Assembly: GCF_018350175.1 (NCBI RefSeq)
Contig: NC_058368.1
Location: forward strand, 75,146,001 to 75,210,000
Reading direction: 5' to 3'
Source: Felis catus
Taxonomy: Eukaryota
DNA: 64,000 nt
The notes beneath the pieces were generated by a model, which saw only the letters and a list, made by a program, of their open reading frames with translations, ran no database searches and was not told where the DNA came from. The position numbers and the translations under genes are program-made. Shown here piece after piece: positions 1 to 10,457 of the stretch; position 1 is the first letter of the stretch; the number at the start of each line of letters is the position of its first letter.

Positions 1-124
1 TGTAACAAACATGTAGGACTTTACTATTTTTCCCCATTCACTTTTGTTATTGGTGTGGTTGATAAGAGCTCTATTTCAGTGATATCCTCTTCTGTTAGCA
101 TAGCAAAATCCTGATCCTTAATGG

Positions 125-125
<1 letters not shown>

Positions 126-155
<30 letters not shown>
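126..155. repeat. (TG)n microsatellite
   Basis: Uninterrupted TG run. Confidence 0.95.
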
Positions 156-157
<2 letters not shown>

Positions 158-612
158 GGTGGTGCATTTGGGTAGTTGCACAATTTTGAATTAAGATTGT
201 TTACTTTGTTCTATTTGTCACTGAGGGCCACCTATTTCCCTTTTATTGCTTCTTTTCATTTCCACCTCATTTTCACCATTTGGTAAAAGGTGGCTCACTC
301 TTTCCTCTTTGCCGCCTTCTCCCCGGAGAGACAGAGACAATGAAAACTGCCCCCTTGGACGGCCATCTTTTAGGTCCTTTGCCTGTACACTGTGCTTTGG
401 GGTCGCAGAACATCCTTCCTCCTTCAGCATGTTCGGGGTCAGAGGGGACTCATTCTTTCATGTCTGCTTCCCTCCGGTTGCCCATACCTCTTCTCTCCTT
501 GTCGATTTCTCTTCTGTCTGCCTTGCTTGCCTCAGAGCTTGGCGGTGGAGTGTAGGGCTTGCCCACTGGGCTTCAGGTCCCATGCAGGGTTACTTTTTGG
601 TATATATAACTC

Positions 613-615
<3 letters not shown>

Positions 616-658
<43 letters not shown>
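616..658. repeat. (TA)n microsatellite abutting a SINE head
   Basis: Pure TA run. Confidence 0.95.
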
Positions 659-660
<2 letters not shown>

Positions 661-806
661 AGTGCCTGGGTGGCTCAGTTGTTTGAGTGTCTGACTTCAG
701 CTCGGGTCATGATCTCAGGGTTCATGAGCTCGAGCTCTGCGTCTGGCTCTGTGCTCACAGCTCGGAGCCTGGAGCCTGCTTGGGATTCTGTCTCCCCTCC
801 CCCTCA
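659..806 (+). mobile_element. CAN-SINE (felid, older type), degenerate 3' end
   Basis: GCCTGGGTGGCTCAGT A-box head and GGTCATGATCTC...GAGCCTGGAGCCTGCTTGGGATTCTGTCTC body. Confidence 0.9.
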
Positions 807-1009
807 AATACACACACACATACATACATGCTTTTGGTCCACTGTCATTTTCTTCATCTACACCTACCACGTCACCCGTTTCTTAACTCTTACTAGTTTT
901 TCCTTATTTCTTGAAGTTATCATATAAAACTCATTGGGGAAATAAAAAGGGAATTAAAATATTTAACTACCCACCAAAGAATGGAAGGATATCAAGTTAG
1001 GCCTTTTAT

Positions 1010-1675
1010 ATATAACAACAGCAACAAAAGAAGTGTCCCAGCGCTTACCCTGTTTATCACCAGGTTTTTACACTTAACAATGTACTTTGAGACATTTCTC
1101 CTTATAGCTAAATGGAATCAGTTTTATAACGCCATATTAAAAAATTCTAATTTTGAAAACTGATTTCTTTTTGGTTGGTTTTGTTTTGTACCCTTGCAAA
1201 AAGTTATATAAAAAAAAAGAAGACCCTAACAGCAAGTAATATGCTTTATTAATCCCAGTGGACACATTCCTTAAAGTGTTATGAACACAAATAATCACTT
1301 ACTAAAAATATTTATTGTACTCGGTCAAAATGCCCTCTGAAACGTCAACATAATTTATGCTTTAATAGGTCTTAGGGAAAAATGAGCATTTATTTGCCTG
1401 AAATCCTAATGGCACTAAATATTGTGCATTTTAAGTTCAATCTTGCAGAGGTGTTAGACAAACATTTTATGTATGGAGTGTCTTAATTTATATTTCTTGA
1501 ATAATTGAATATACCCTTCTGTATCAGTTATGGGGTCTTTTGTTATTTTCTTTTGTGAGTCACATGCTCATATTTTTGAATTTCTATTATAATTGCTTTT
1601 TCCTAATTCTGAAAATGTTTATGTATTAGTTATATAACTAATATGTCTTTTTAAGCTTATTTATTTACTTTGAGA

Positions 1676-1734
<59 letters not shown>

Positions 1735-2060
1735 CGAGCATATGCAGGGCGGGGGGCAGGGGGAGAGGGAGAGACAGAATCCCAAGCAGGCTCCACACTG
1801 TCGGCACAGAGCCCAACACGGGGCTCAATCTCACTAACGCTGAGATCATGACCTGAGCTGAAATCAAGAGTCAGACACAACTGACTGAGCCACCCAGGCA
1901 CCCTTATAACTCACATGTTGATCCTTGTTATTTTTCTTTAGGTTGTTTGATAATTTTTGAAATGCTGATTATGATGATTTTGCCAGACAAGAGTTTTTAA
2001 ACAGCAGAATGTATCAATATTCATGTTTTAGCCTATGGCATTGTGTTTAGATATACACTA
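1010..2060 (-). mobile_element. Old L1 (L1M-type) fragments interrupted by a SINE
   Basis: T-rich antisense L1-like text; strongly decayed. Confidence 0.4.
1648..1903 (-). mobile_element. CAN-SINE with expanded (GA)n
   Basis: Antisense SINE ending CTGAGCCACCCAGGCACCC; imperfect TSD tataactaatatgt/tataactcacatgt. Confidence 0.93.
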
Positions 2061-2091
2061 ACTTTCTAAAGCAGTATGGTGTATGAGCTAG

Positions 2092-2298
2092 CTTGGGGGC
2101 TCAGTCGGTTGAGTGTCCAACTTTGTCTCTCAGGTCATGATCTCAAATGGTTTGTGAATCCGAGCCCCGTGTCAGGCTCTGTGCTGACAGCTCAGAGCCT
2201 GGAGGCTGCTTCAGATTCTGTGTCCCTCTCTCGCTGCCCGTCCCCAACTTGTCCTCTGTCTCTCTGTCTCTCTCAAAAATAAACAAACATTAAAAATA
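2092..2298 (+). mobile_element. CAN-SINE
   Basis: GGCTCAGTCGGTTGAG head, CT-rich region, AATAAA tail. Confidence 0.92.
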
Positions 2299-3152
2299 TT
2301 TTTTAATGTGGTTTAAGTTAAATATACTTGCAATCAAAGTTATAGAATGCTATGAACTAAGCACTGTGTGTCTCTAAACAAATATAGGGAAAGAGGAAAA
2401 AAATATGGAGTGGTAATCATTCCATTTTTCAATCTCTTCCTTCTGTTCCATTTTGTCTGTTTCAAATGCTTTATTTCTTTTTCTGAAAAACAGGAAATAC
2501 AAGTATATATGTGTGTGTGTGTGTGTGTATTTATACAATATAGACACATATGTATGTAACACATATGAAAGAATCAAACGGAGGTTCAGAGAGAGAAAAC
2601 AGTGTGATGAGAATGGGGGAGACAGGGGGAGGTGGGGACGCAGGGGGAGGTGGGGGAGGCAGGGGCAGAAAGGAAACCTCCTTGGCAACTTTTTAGATCA
2701 TCTTCAAAATACTCCAAACATATCATCTTCGTTTTTGTTAAGCAAAGAAAACAAACACTTCCCCTTTCCCCCCCTCCTGCCTGATACCGGTTTATTTTAA
2801 AAAGGCAATGCAGGAAATTATGAATGAGAAGATAATACACTGGCTTTCAGCCGCCTCGGTGAAACATGCATACTGCCAACATTTTTGTCACCAATAATTC
2901 TCCCATAAACATGGGTCTCTCCTCTCATTATGCAAGCTGTCATGCTTTATTGAACCACATAATTTCACCTAATTAAAATAAGCAGTATGTAGATGCCTCC
3001 CCCACTTTTTTTCCGTGGCTGGACAAAAGCCAGTAACGATATTTAGAGTACCCTAAGTGGACACCATATTAAATATTCATTTTGGTGTTCCTCTGGACGA
3101 TCAGATAGAACTCCTGCTGCTCTTAAATATTAACATTCATTTTATTTATCAG

Positions 3153-3229
3153 ATGTAAAAACCCTGCACTTGTAAAGAGACAGAATGCGTTCGGTCCGTG
3201 GAGATGTTGGTAATGGTGGCAACGTGGGG
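3153..3229 (+). other. Candidate non-coding exon
   Basis: ttaac branch-like site, ttttatttatcag| acceptor and GGG|gtaagc donor; stops in all three frames. Confidence 0.25.
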
Positions 3230-4835
3230 GTAAGCTGGTTGCCTCGAGTTAAGTTTGTGGTGCGACCCTTGACAAAGAGCTCGAATGCGATTCGCTTCTA
3301 AACTGCTTAATTTATTTCAACTTGTACAAGTTTTGTGTAGGCAGCCTGTCGGGTATGTGAACAGATGTTTCTCAGTGTTTTTCTTCTCCATACAAAAACA
3401 TAAATAAAAACAGGGGGTCTTTAGCCTTATCGGTCATCGTGCTGGAATTGCGCGGCAGCTCCCCAATGGAGACTCAGAAAAGACCCCTAATACAGGTCAG
3501 CAGAGGTGCTATTTGACCCACAGCTGGAAGGAACTCAGGTGCCCCTAGTCCAACGTAAGGCGCCAACTTAAGACATTACAACGAAACAAAGGTCGCCTTT
3601 TCCTGTGCTGCACATCAACGTGATCGTCTATGGGAGGGAAAATACTACGCAAAACACGCTCCCGGAGTTGAAAAAGGCCAAGACACGTAGCCTAACACCT
3701 ACTGAGAATTCGGTCACCTTGACTGTCCCCTGAGGTGCCTCCTGTTTTGCGGAAAGCCTTAGCGGTGTCCTGAGTCACCGGTAAACTCGACCTAGGGCAG
3801 CACTGTGAGAGGAGAGTGATCACAGCCGCAGGTTACTGTCATATTAAAAAGAGATAGTTGTGTGAAGTCAGCTTACAATTTAACATATCAACACCTTTGG
3901 ATTCCATTTGTTCACTTCTATTAACAGTTCTTACCTTGCAACTGAATCTCATTTTCAGACAGACTTAAGATCACGCTGAATCCCATTTGCACAGATGGGT
4001 AGGCAGACAGGAAAGCAGGAAGCTTACGGATACCAGAAGGGCTGCACTGAGCCCCGGCCATCACCCCCAATGGGAGACAGGGGGGCAACAGTGGCCCCCA
4101 CAAAGATTTCCCTTACCTGGGTGACCGCTGCCCTCCCCTCCCCCCTGGGGTGTTGCATTAGGTCGACTTCCCCATAAGCTCAATAATGATGGATACGAAG
4201 TGTTACCCAGTAGATAACATGTGCTGGGAGACCCGCTCACACCTTCCTCTGACCTTTTAGACACGTTTTGTAGAAAACGTTTCCAATCCACGTGATTTAG
4301 CCATCTGACCCTTGTATTTGGTGCTTTGTCATGGCTATTCTTTTCCGCTAAATGCTCCTTGGGAAGTAGGTAACATTCCCCAAAGCCATGGTATCCATAG
4401 TGGGCTTACATTCTTTAAGTCTGTGTATATGTTAATTATAGCAAAACGGAAGAAGGTTCTGTACGGCAGGAGGAATTGTTGAATGCCTCAGTGAAGGAAC
4501 CTCATATATAAAGAAAGTGTCAGTTTGTACAACAGAAGATAAATCCGCTCTCACTCTCGCCCCTCCCCACCATTTTTGCAGAGGATAACATGCCCACTGT
4601 TGTCACGCTGTAATGCGAAGCAGACTTTAATGGCAGTTTTGAACCATCTATTAGCTATTCAGACGTTTTCTGTCGTGTCCACGTCTGAAACTACCAAGGG
4701 TGTGATGTTGAGATTAATTATTTCCTGCTTCATCTGTTCCATAAAACAGCAAGAAGCAGGGTTCCTAATCAACCAAAAGTTCCTACGATGTAGGACAGGT
4801 CACTTTGCCGGCAACTTAGATTTTTTTGACGATGA

Positions 4836-4955
4836 TCAAGTTGATCTGTCCCAGGGGGGAGGTAATGCTTTTCTAACCCGGTATTTGTCAATGTCGTTTT
4901 CCGTTTTAAACCTGATTTCGTGTACCTTTAGCGACTCTCGTAATCGTTTCCTTTC
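4836..4955 (-). CDS. Candidate coding exon of an unidentified minus-strand gene (ERKRLRESLKVHEIRFKTENDIDKYRVRKALPPPWDRST*)
   Basis: Strong acceptor CATTTTCCCTCTCGCATCCCCCCTCTCTTTAG|GAA; phase 0 open for 39 codons; CpG-retaining non-repeat sequence; alternative donor CGG|GTTAGA would give a 78-nt symmetric exon 4878-4955. Confidence 0.5.
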   Translation of the reverse strand, partial: ERKRLRESLKVHEIRFKTENDIDKYRVRKALPPPWDRST

Positions 4956-5440
4956 CTAAAGAGAGGGGGGATGCGAGAGGGAAAATGATGTGGGTTCTGG
5001 AAGTGTGAGCACAAGATAATCACAAGAGGGTGAGAAGTAGAAGATAAACTGGAACTTCCAAACAAAAATTTACTTCATCACATTTTGCTGAATCTATGGT
5101 GCGGTTTTATTTAAGTAATTAATTGATCAATTAGACAGAGAGAGAGCTCTTGGGCCAGCAGCCAAATATGAGGGAGCTATCATTTTTCCCTTGGAGAAAG
5201 GTACCGACGCCTGGAGGAAGATATATAACAGTCAGTGACAGACTTAAAACCCAACCTGTTACAGAGGGAAAAGAAAGGAAGGGTACTAGGTTTCTTTTGC
5301 TGCTGTTAGAAATGTTTTTCCTACCAATTCTGGAGATCAAAAGCCTGAAGTCCTTCCACCTGGCTCACATCAAGGTGTGGGCAGGACTGTGCCACTTTTG
5401 GAGGCTCAAGGGGGAGAATTGGTTCCCTTACCTTTCCAGA

Positions 5441-5676
5441 GGTTTAAACTAAACTAAAAAAAAATAAAATAAAATAAGTGTATTTATTTATTTTGAGAGA
5501 GAGCACGTGCATGCACAGGGGAGGGTCAGAGAGAGAGGAAGGGAGAGAATCCCAAGCAGGCTCTGGGCTGTCAGGGCAGACCCCACGTGGAGCTTGAACT
5601 CATGAAGGGTAAGATCAGGGACCTGAGCTGAAACCAAGAGCCCCACCCTGAATGGACTGAACCACCCAGGCCCCCC
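5441..5676 (-). mobile_element. CAN-SINE
   Basis: Antisense SINE; TSD acctttccaga at 5430-5440 and 5677-5687. Confidence 0.92.
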
Positions 5677-5819
5677 ACCTTTCCAGACTTTGGCACTGCG
5701 GGGGCCTTCTCGTGGCCCCTTTTCTCCTCCCTCTCAGCCAGTGGGGTGATGTTTTACTCCTTCAAATGCTTCTCAGGCTACAAATTCTCCGGCTCCTTTC
5801 TCGTGCCTCCACCCTAGGC

Positions 5820-6041
5820 TTTATTTATTTATTTTTTAATTTTGTAATATTTATTTTTGAGAGAGAGTGAGAGAGCATGAGACACAGAATCCAAAGCAGG
5901 CTCCAGGCTCTGAGCTGTCAGCACAGAGGGCCACAGGGGGTGGGGGTGAGGCGGGTGGGGGGTGGGCTTGAACTCTCGAGCCTTGAGATCATGACCTGAG
6001 CCGAAGTCCAACGCTTACCCGACTGACCACCCAGGCACCCC
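5820..6041 (-). mobile_element. CAN-SINE with G-rich internal expansion
   Basis: Antisense SINE body with extra G-runs at 5928-5966. Confidence 0.92.
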
Positions 6042-6264
6042 CTCCATCCTCCACTTTAAAGGGCCCCAAGGATTGGGTCTACCTGGGTTCTTCAGAATCA
6101 GCTTCCTATCTTAGTTTACTTAATTAGCAATGCCAGTTCTATCTGCAGCCTTCATACTGCTATGCCCTGTGATAGAATTTATTCACGGATTCCAGAGATT
6201 ACGATTATTGTGCCACATAGCCAGTAAACTTGAAGGGTTCCCTGCAGCATCCCTCAGACCCTTC

Positions 6265-6870
6265 CAGGCATGGTTGAGATTCCCCAAGGAACACACGCTG
6301 AGATGCTGAGGTTTGAGGCCAGGGGGCTTCCTGGGAAGCATATTCAGAAGCATGACCTTCCAAGGCTCGAAGCAAGGTTGGGCAGAAGGTGCGGGTCAAC
6401 TTCAAAGTGGTTGGAACACAGGACGCACAAGAGTCAAAGCAGAGCAGGAGCGCTGGGCTCGGGAGACCCCCTCCCACTTGGGGTGGAGGCGGGGTGGAGG
6501 GAGGGAGGGGAGGTGGTGGTGGCCTGGCGCCACTTTACCCTCCCCTGTTCTCTGCAATGCCCAGTCCCTGAATGCAGAGTGGCTCAGGGACAGGTAAACA
6601 GAATGGAACACTGGGCTCCCTGAGAGCAATTCCTGGAGACAGTGTCACCTTTGGTCCATCAGCAGCTGGTACGACTGGGCTCGTCCCAAAGGGGTCATCA
6701 GACAGCTCTAAGCTGATTGGACGGAGGCCTGTCTGCAGACACGACAGGCTAAGAATACGGAGCCCTGATTACCTCCACTCCAGATCATTCCCTGGGAGGA
6801 CGTTCCACAATGGAAGAGGGAAGTGGGGAAGACCAGTCTAAGGAGGCCACCCAAGGATCCAGAGCAACGG
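6265..6870. mobile_element. Old ERVL-class LTR (LTR16/LTR33-like)
   Basis: gattccccaaggaacacacgctgaga...gtgtcacctt motifs resemble ERVL LTRs. Confidence 0.4.
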
Positions 6871-7829
6871 CTCAGAGGTTTGTCCAGGGAGGAAGGTTGG
6901 AAGGCCCTAGGAACCGAGAGCCCCAAAATCCTCCAGGAAGGGATTGACTCTTTGCCACAGCCCAGCTGGGGGCACTTCATACCTAATGGCGCATTTGCAA
7001 ATGACAGAAATTTTAATGACAAGTAATTAAGATGAGGCTGGTAATCATATTACAACACAAAGATAAACCACGGGACCGCCAGTTTATCAAGGAGAACCAG
7101 CGGAAACAATAGAGCCATCAGCCAACAATTCGGTAGCGTAGGCAGGCTAACAGCGGGTTGTGATCCCAGAGGCGGAAAACGTCCCAGGAGATTGGAAAGA
7201 GACAGAGAGAGCCACCTGTATACAGCTGTAAATTAGGGCTCCAAATGCCCTAGTTTTGCGGTCCTTTCTCAGGTTAGATGCCAGAGTTCTATCTCAGCTT
7301 CCCCCACCAGCACCTGGCTCCTGTGGTTCCCCCTCAAGTTAAATCCCTCCTAAAACTTCGCATTGTTTCTTTCATTAAGTGGTGGTAAAAGATAAACCAT
7401 TGAAAAGGTTTTTAATCCTTTTTAGGTATACCCTTCAGGGGCATTACTTGTATTCCCATCCTTGTGTAGAATATGAAATGGTCATCCCCAAACTTCAGAT
7501 TAAAAACCTGTTAGCATGAATCCCTCACACACCCTTTTAGAAATGTAGTCGAGCATTTGAAGTCTCATCGTCCACTCGCAATGCTTTGTCTAAATTATAT
7601 GTCTAAAACCACACGTGCACGTGCGTCTACATTGCATGCAATGGAAATGCAATTGTGTACATTTTCTTTACATTCACATAGTATATTTTACAAAAAGAAA
7701 TTCTGTAGATCAAGAGCTAAGAAGATACCACTTCTCATTCAGCTCCCTCTGATCTCACTACTAGACTGGCTTTGAGGTCTCCAGTGAACTTGTATTGACT
7801 TTTATTGACAGCTTCCTCTGTGGCCGCCG

Positions 7830-8000
7830 CTTGATGTATAATCCATTTATAAGCCCTGGGAAGTAGATGCGTCTCAGACGAAAACCCCATTTAACAGATG
7901 AGGAGTCTGAGGCACTGAAGTTGAATTAAGCTGCCCAAGGTCACACGGTTATGAATGGGCCCATTGAGGCTTTGGTCCCAAGCACTAGCTCTCCTGCAGC
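7830..8000 (-). mobile_element. MIR
   Basis: ccccatttaacagatgaggagtctgaggcac...gcccaaggtcacac core. Confidence 0.85.
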
Positions 8001-8237
8001 CTATCTCATGACCAGCCTGTAAGAGCTCCAATCGTGGTGGGACTATCCCGCCTGCCACCTTGTTTGATTTTTTATTCTCTTTAAATATAGATAACTACTT
8101 ATCTATTTCAAACGCATGTCCTTTTGGTTGTTGTTTGGTAGCATTTCGAAAATATACTAAAAACTGTTGTATAACATGAATGATGTGAGAAGGGAGAGGA
8201 AACGTCCTCAGGTGGTCTCCCGATGAAGTATTACTCA

Positions 8238-8470
8238 TTTTTTTTTGAAAGTTTATTTCTTTTGAGAGAAAGAGAGAGTGTGCATGCATGTGGGAGAGGG
8301 GTAGAGAGGGAGGGAGAGAGAGAGAATCCCAAGTAGACCCCATGCTCAGTGCATGGCCTGACACAGGGCTCGAACCCACGACCCAGGGCTCAAACCCATG
8401 ACCCAGGGATCATGACCTGAGCCGAAACCAAGAGTCAGATGCTCAACGGACTGAGCCACCCAAGCACCCC
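8238..8470 (-). mobile_element. CAN-SINE with internal 20-bp tandem duplication
   Basis: Antisense SINE; short TSD ttactc. Confidence 0.92.
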
Positions 8471-8743
8471 TTACTCGATTTTTAAATGCTCAAATGCTAA
8501 TTTGAAATGTTACAATGTTGCTCCATACTTCAAACATTCAAACCTTTAGTTCTTGCCTTGGACAAAAGGACACAATTCAATTGCAGAAAATAGAGAAAGT
8601 GATTCATGTTGATATTGACTGATGAAAAAACTGCTATCGCCCTTTATCCCCAGTAAGAAGAATTACTGTGTGTTCTTTTTGGGGTTTTGAGGAAAATGAT
8701 TTAAGATGATATGGTATTTCATTTAAAAAAAATATTGGATATT

Positions 8744-8958
8744 GGGGCACCTGGGTGGCTCAGTTGGTTGAGCGTCCAGCTGCAGCTCAGGTCATGATCT
8801 CACAGTCCGTGAGTTCAAGCCCTGCGTCGGGCTCTGTGCTGACAGCTCAGAGCCTGGAGCCTGCTTCAGATTCTGTGTCTGCCTCTCTCTCTGCCCCTCT
8901 CCCACTCATGCACTGTCTCTCTCTGTCTCAAAAATAAATAAACATTAAGAAAATGTTT
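8744..8958 (+). mobile_element. CAN-SINE
   Basis: Full length; TSD aaaaaatattggatat. Confidence 0.95.
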
Positions 8959-9669
8959 AAAAAATATTGGATATATATGATAACCATAGTTTATGCCACA
9001 GATCAAATCTTAAAATATATTTTAACTCCTATAATTTTATGAATACATCGTAAGAACCTTCCAACCTATTTCTACTTGTATCAGCCATTTAATGACATAT
9101 TTTATTTGTATATATTTGCATGTATATTTCAGAATCTATTTTGAGGGGCGTGGGATATATCTTTACTGTGAATTGAGGTTCTTTATACTATAGTTGAATA
9201 AGTTGATCTGTCACTAATGAAGTGTTCTGGTTTCTTTTATGGAAATTAACTCTCTTTTTACTTTATTTTCCCTCTATTTTCACATATCTCATTAGCATTG
9301 TAACCATGCCTATACACTTTAAAAATATTGAACTTCAGATGCCAGACCTATGCATTAGGGATAGATGAGAAGGAGAAGATCACACATCCAAGCGATATAA
9401 TATAGCATCACTAAGGCAAGAGGAAGGATCTAGGGAAGAGTTGAGAGGGATGAATATTCTACATGTGTTGAGAAGTCGTCTTTTCCCCACTCAACTGGCC
9501 TTTCTTGTGGAGTAGGGCCAATGCCATGTTCTGTTGCTACCTCCTTTGACAGGTGGCTGTGAAGAAAATACCCAAACCACAAATGACACTTGTGTTACTG
9601 TTCTATGTCTGAGTAACAAAAGGAAAACAGTCTGAAAGTTCCCCTCATGATTAGACGGGGTTTCCAAAA

Positions 9670-10200
9670 GGCCCCAGTGATATCACTCATAGTGGGTACC
9701 CAAGAGAAAAGAAAACACATGTCTACACAGAAACTTCTACGATATTCATTAGAGCCAAAAGGTGGAAACAACTTAAATGTCCTTCAGCAGATGAATGGTT
9801 AGACAAATGTGATATGTACATGACATGGAACATTATAAGGAATGAAATACTGACACCTGCTACAACATGGATGAACCATGAAGACGTCACGCTGAGTGAA
9901 AGAAACCAGTCACAAAAACCCACATGCTCTATGATTTCATTCCTATGAAAGTTTGAAACAGAAGAATCTATAAAGACAAAAAGTAGATGAGCAGTGGTCT
10001 AGGGCTGGGGGAAGGAAGGGGAGAGAAGGGTGATGGTTAAAGCATACAGATTTTTTTTTTCCTCAGGTGATGAAAATGTTCCAAAAATGACTCTGGTAAT
10101 GGCTGTAGGGATTTGATAAAATACCACTGAAATCTGTACTTTAAAGGAGTAAATTGTGTGATATGTGAATTATATCATAATAAAGCTATGTCATTAAAAA
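9670..10200 (+). mobile_element. L1 3' end (old L1M subfamily)
   Basis: tacccaagagaaaagaaaacacatgtctacac...acaacatggatgaaccatgaagac...aataaagct. Confidence 0.85.
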
Positions 10201-10273
10201 ATTGAATTTCATAATTTACATACAGGCATAGAAAAAGTATTGGCAGGTTTTGGATCCAAATCTTAACGCCGAA

Positions 10274-10457
10274 GGGCACGGGGGTGGCTTAGTTGGTTAA
10301 ATGTCTGACTTGGGCTCAGGTCATGATCTCACAGTTTGTGACCTCGAGCCTTGTGTCAGGCTCTGTGCTGCCAGTGTGGGTCCTGCTTCGGATCCTCTGT
10401 CTGCCTTTCTCTCTGCCCCTCTCCCCTCCTCTCAAAAATAAACAAACAGAAAAAAAC
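10274..10457 (+). mobile_element. CAN-SINE
   Basis: GGTGGCTTAGTTGGTTAA head through A-rich tail. Confidence 0.9.

Larger units (their letters stand above)
5285..6220 (-). mobile_element. MaLR solo LTR (MLT1-type) split by two SINEs
   Basis: ttctggagatcaaaagcctgaag...atcaaggtgtgggcaggactgtgcc...tggaggctcaagggggagaat motif; resumes after each SINE. Confidence 0.7.

Noticed and set aside
246..927. ORFs of 68-137 aa at the window start
   Set aside because: They run into (TA)n and SINE sequence; no recognisable protein
4576..4959. 127-aa plus-strand ORF
   Set aside because: Non-ATG start, no family resemblance, and antisense to the better-supported minus exon
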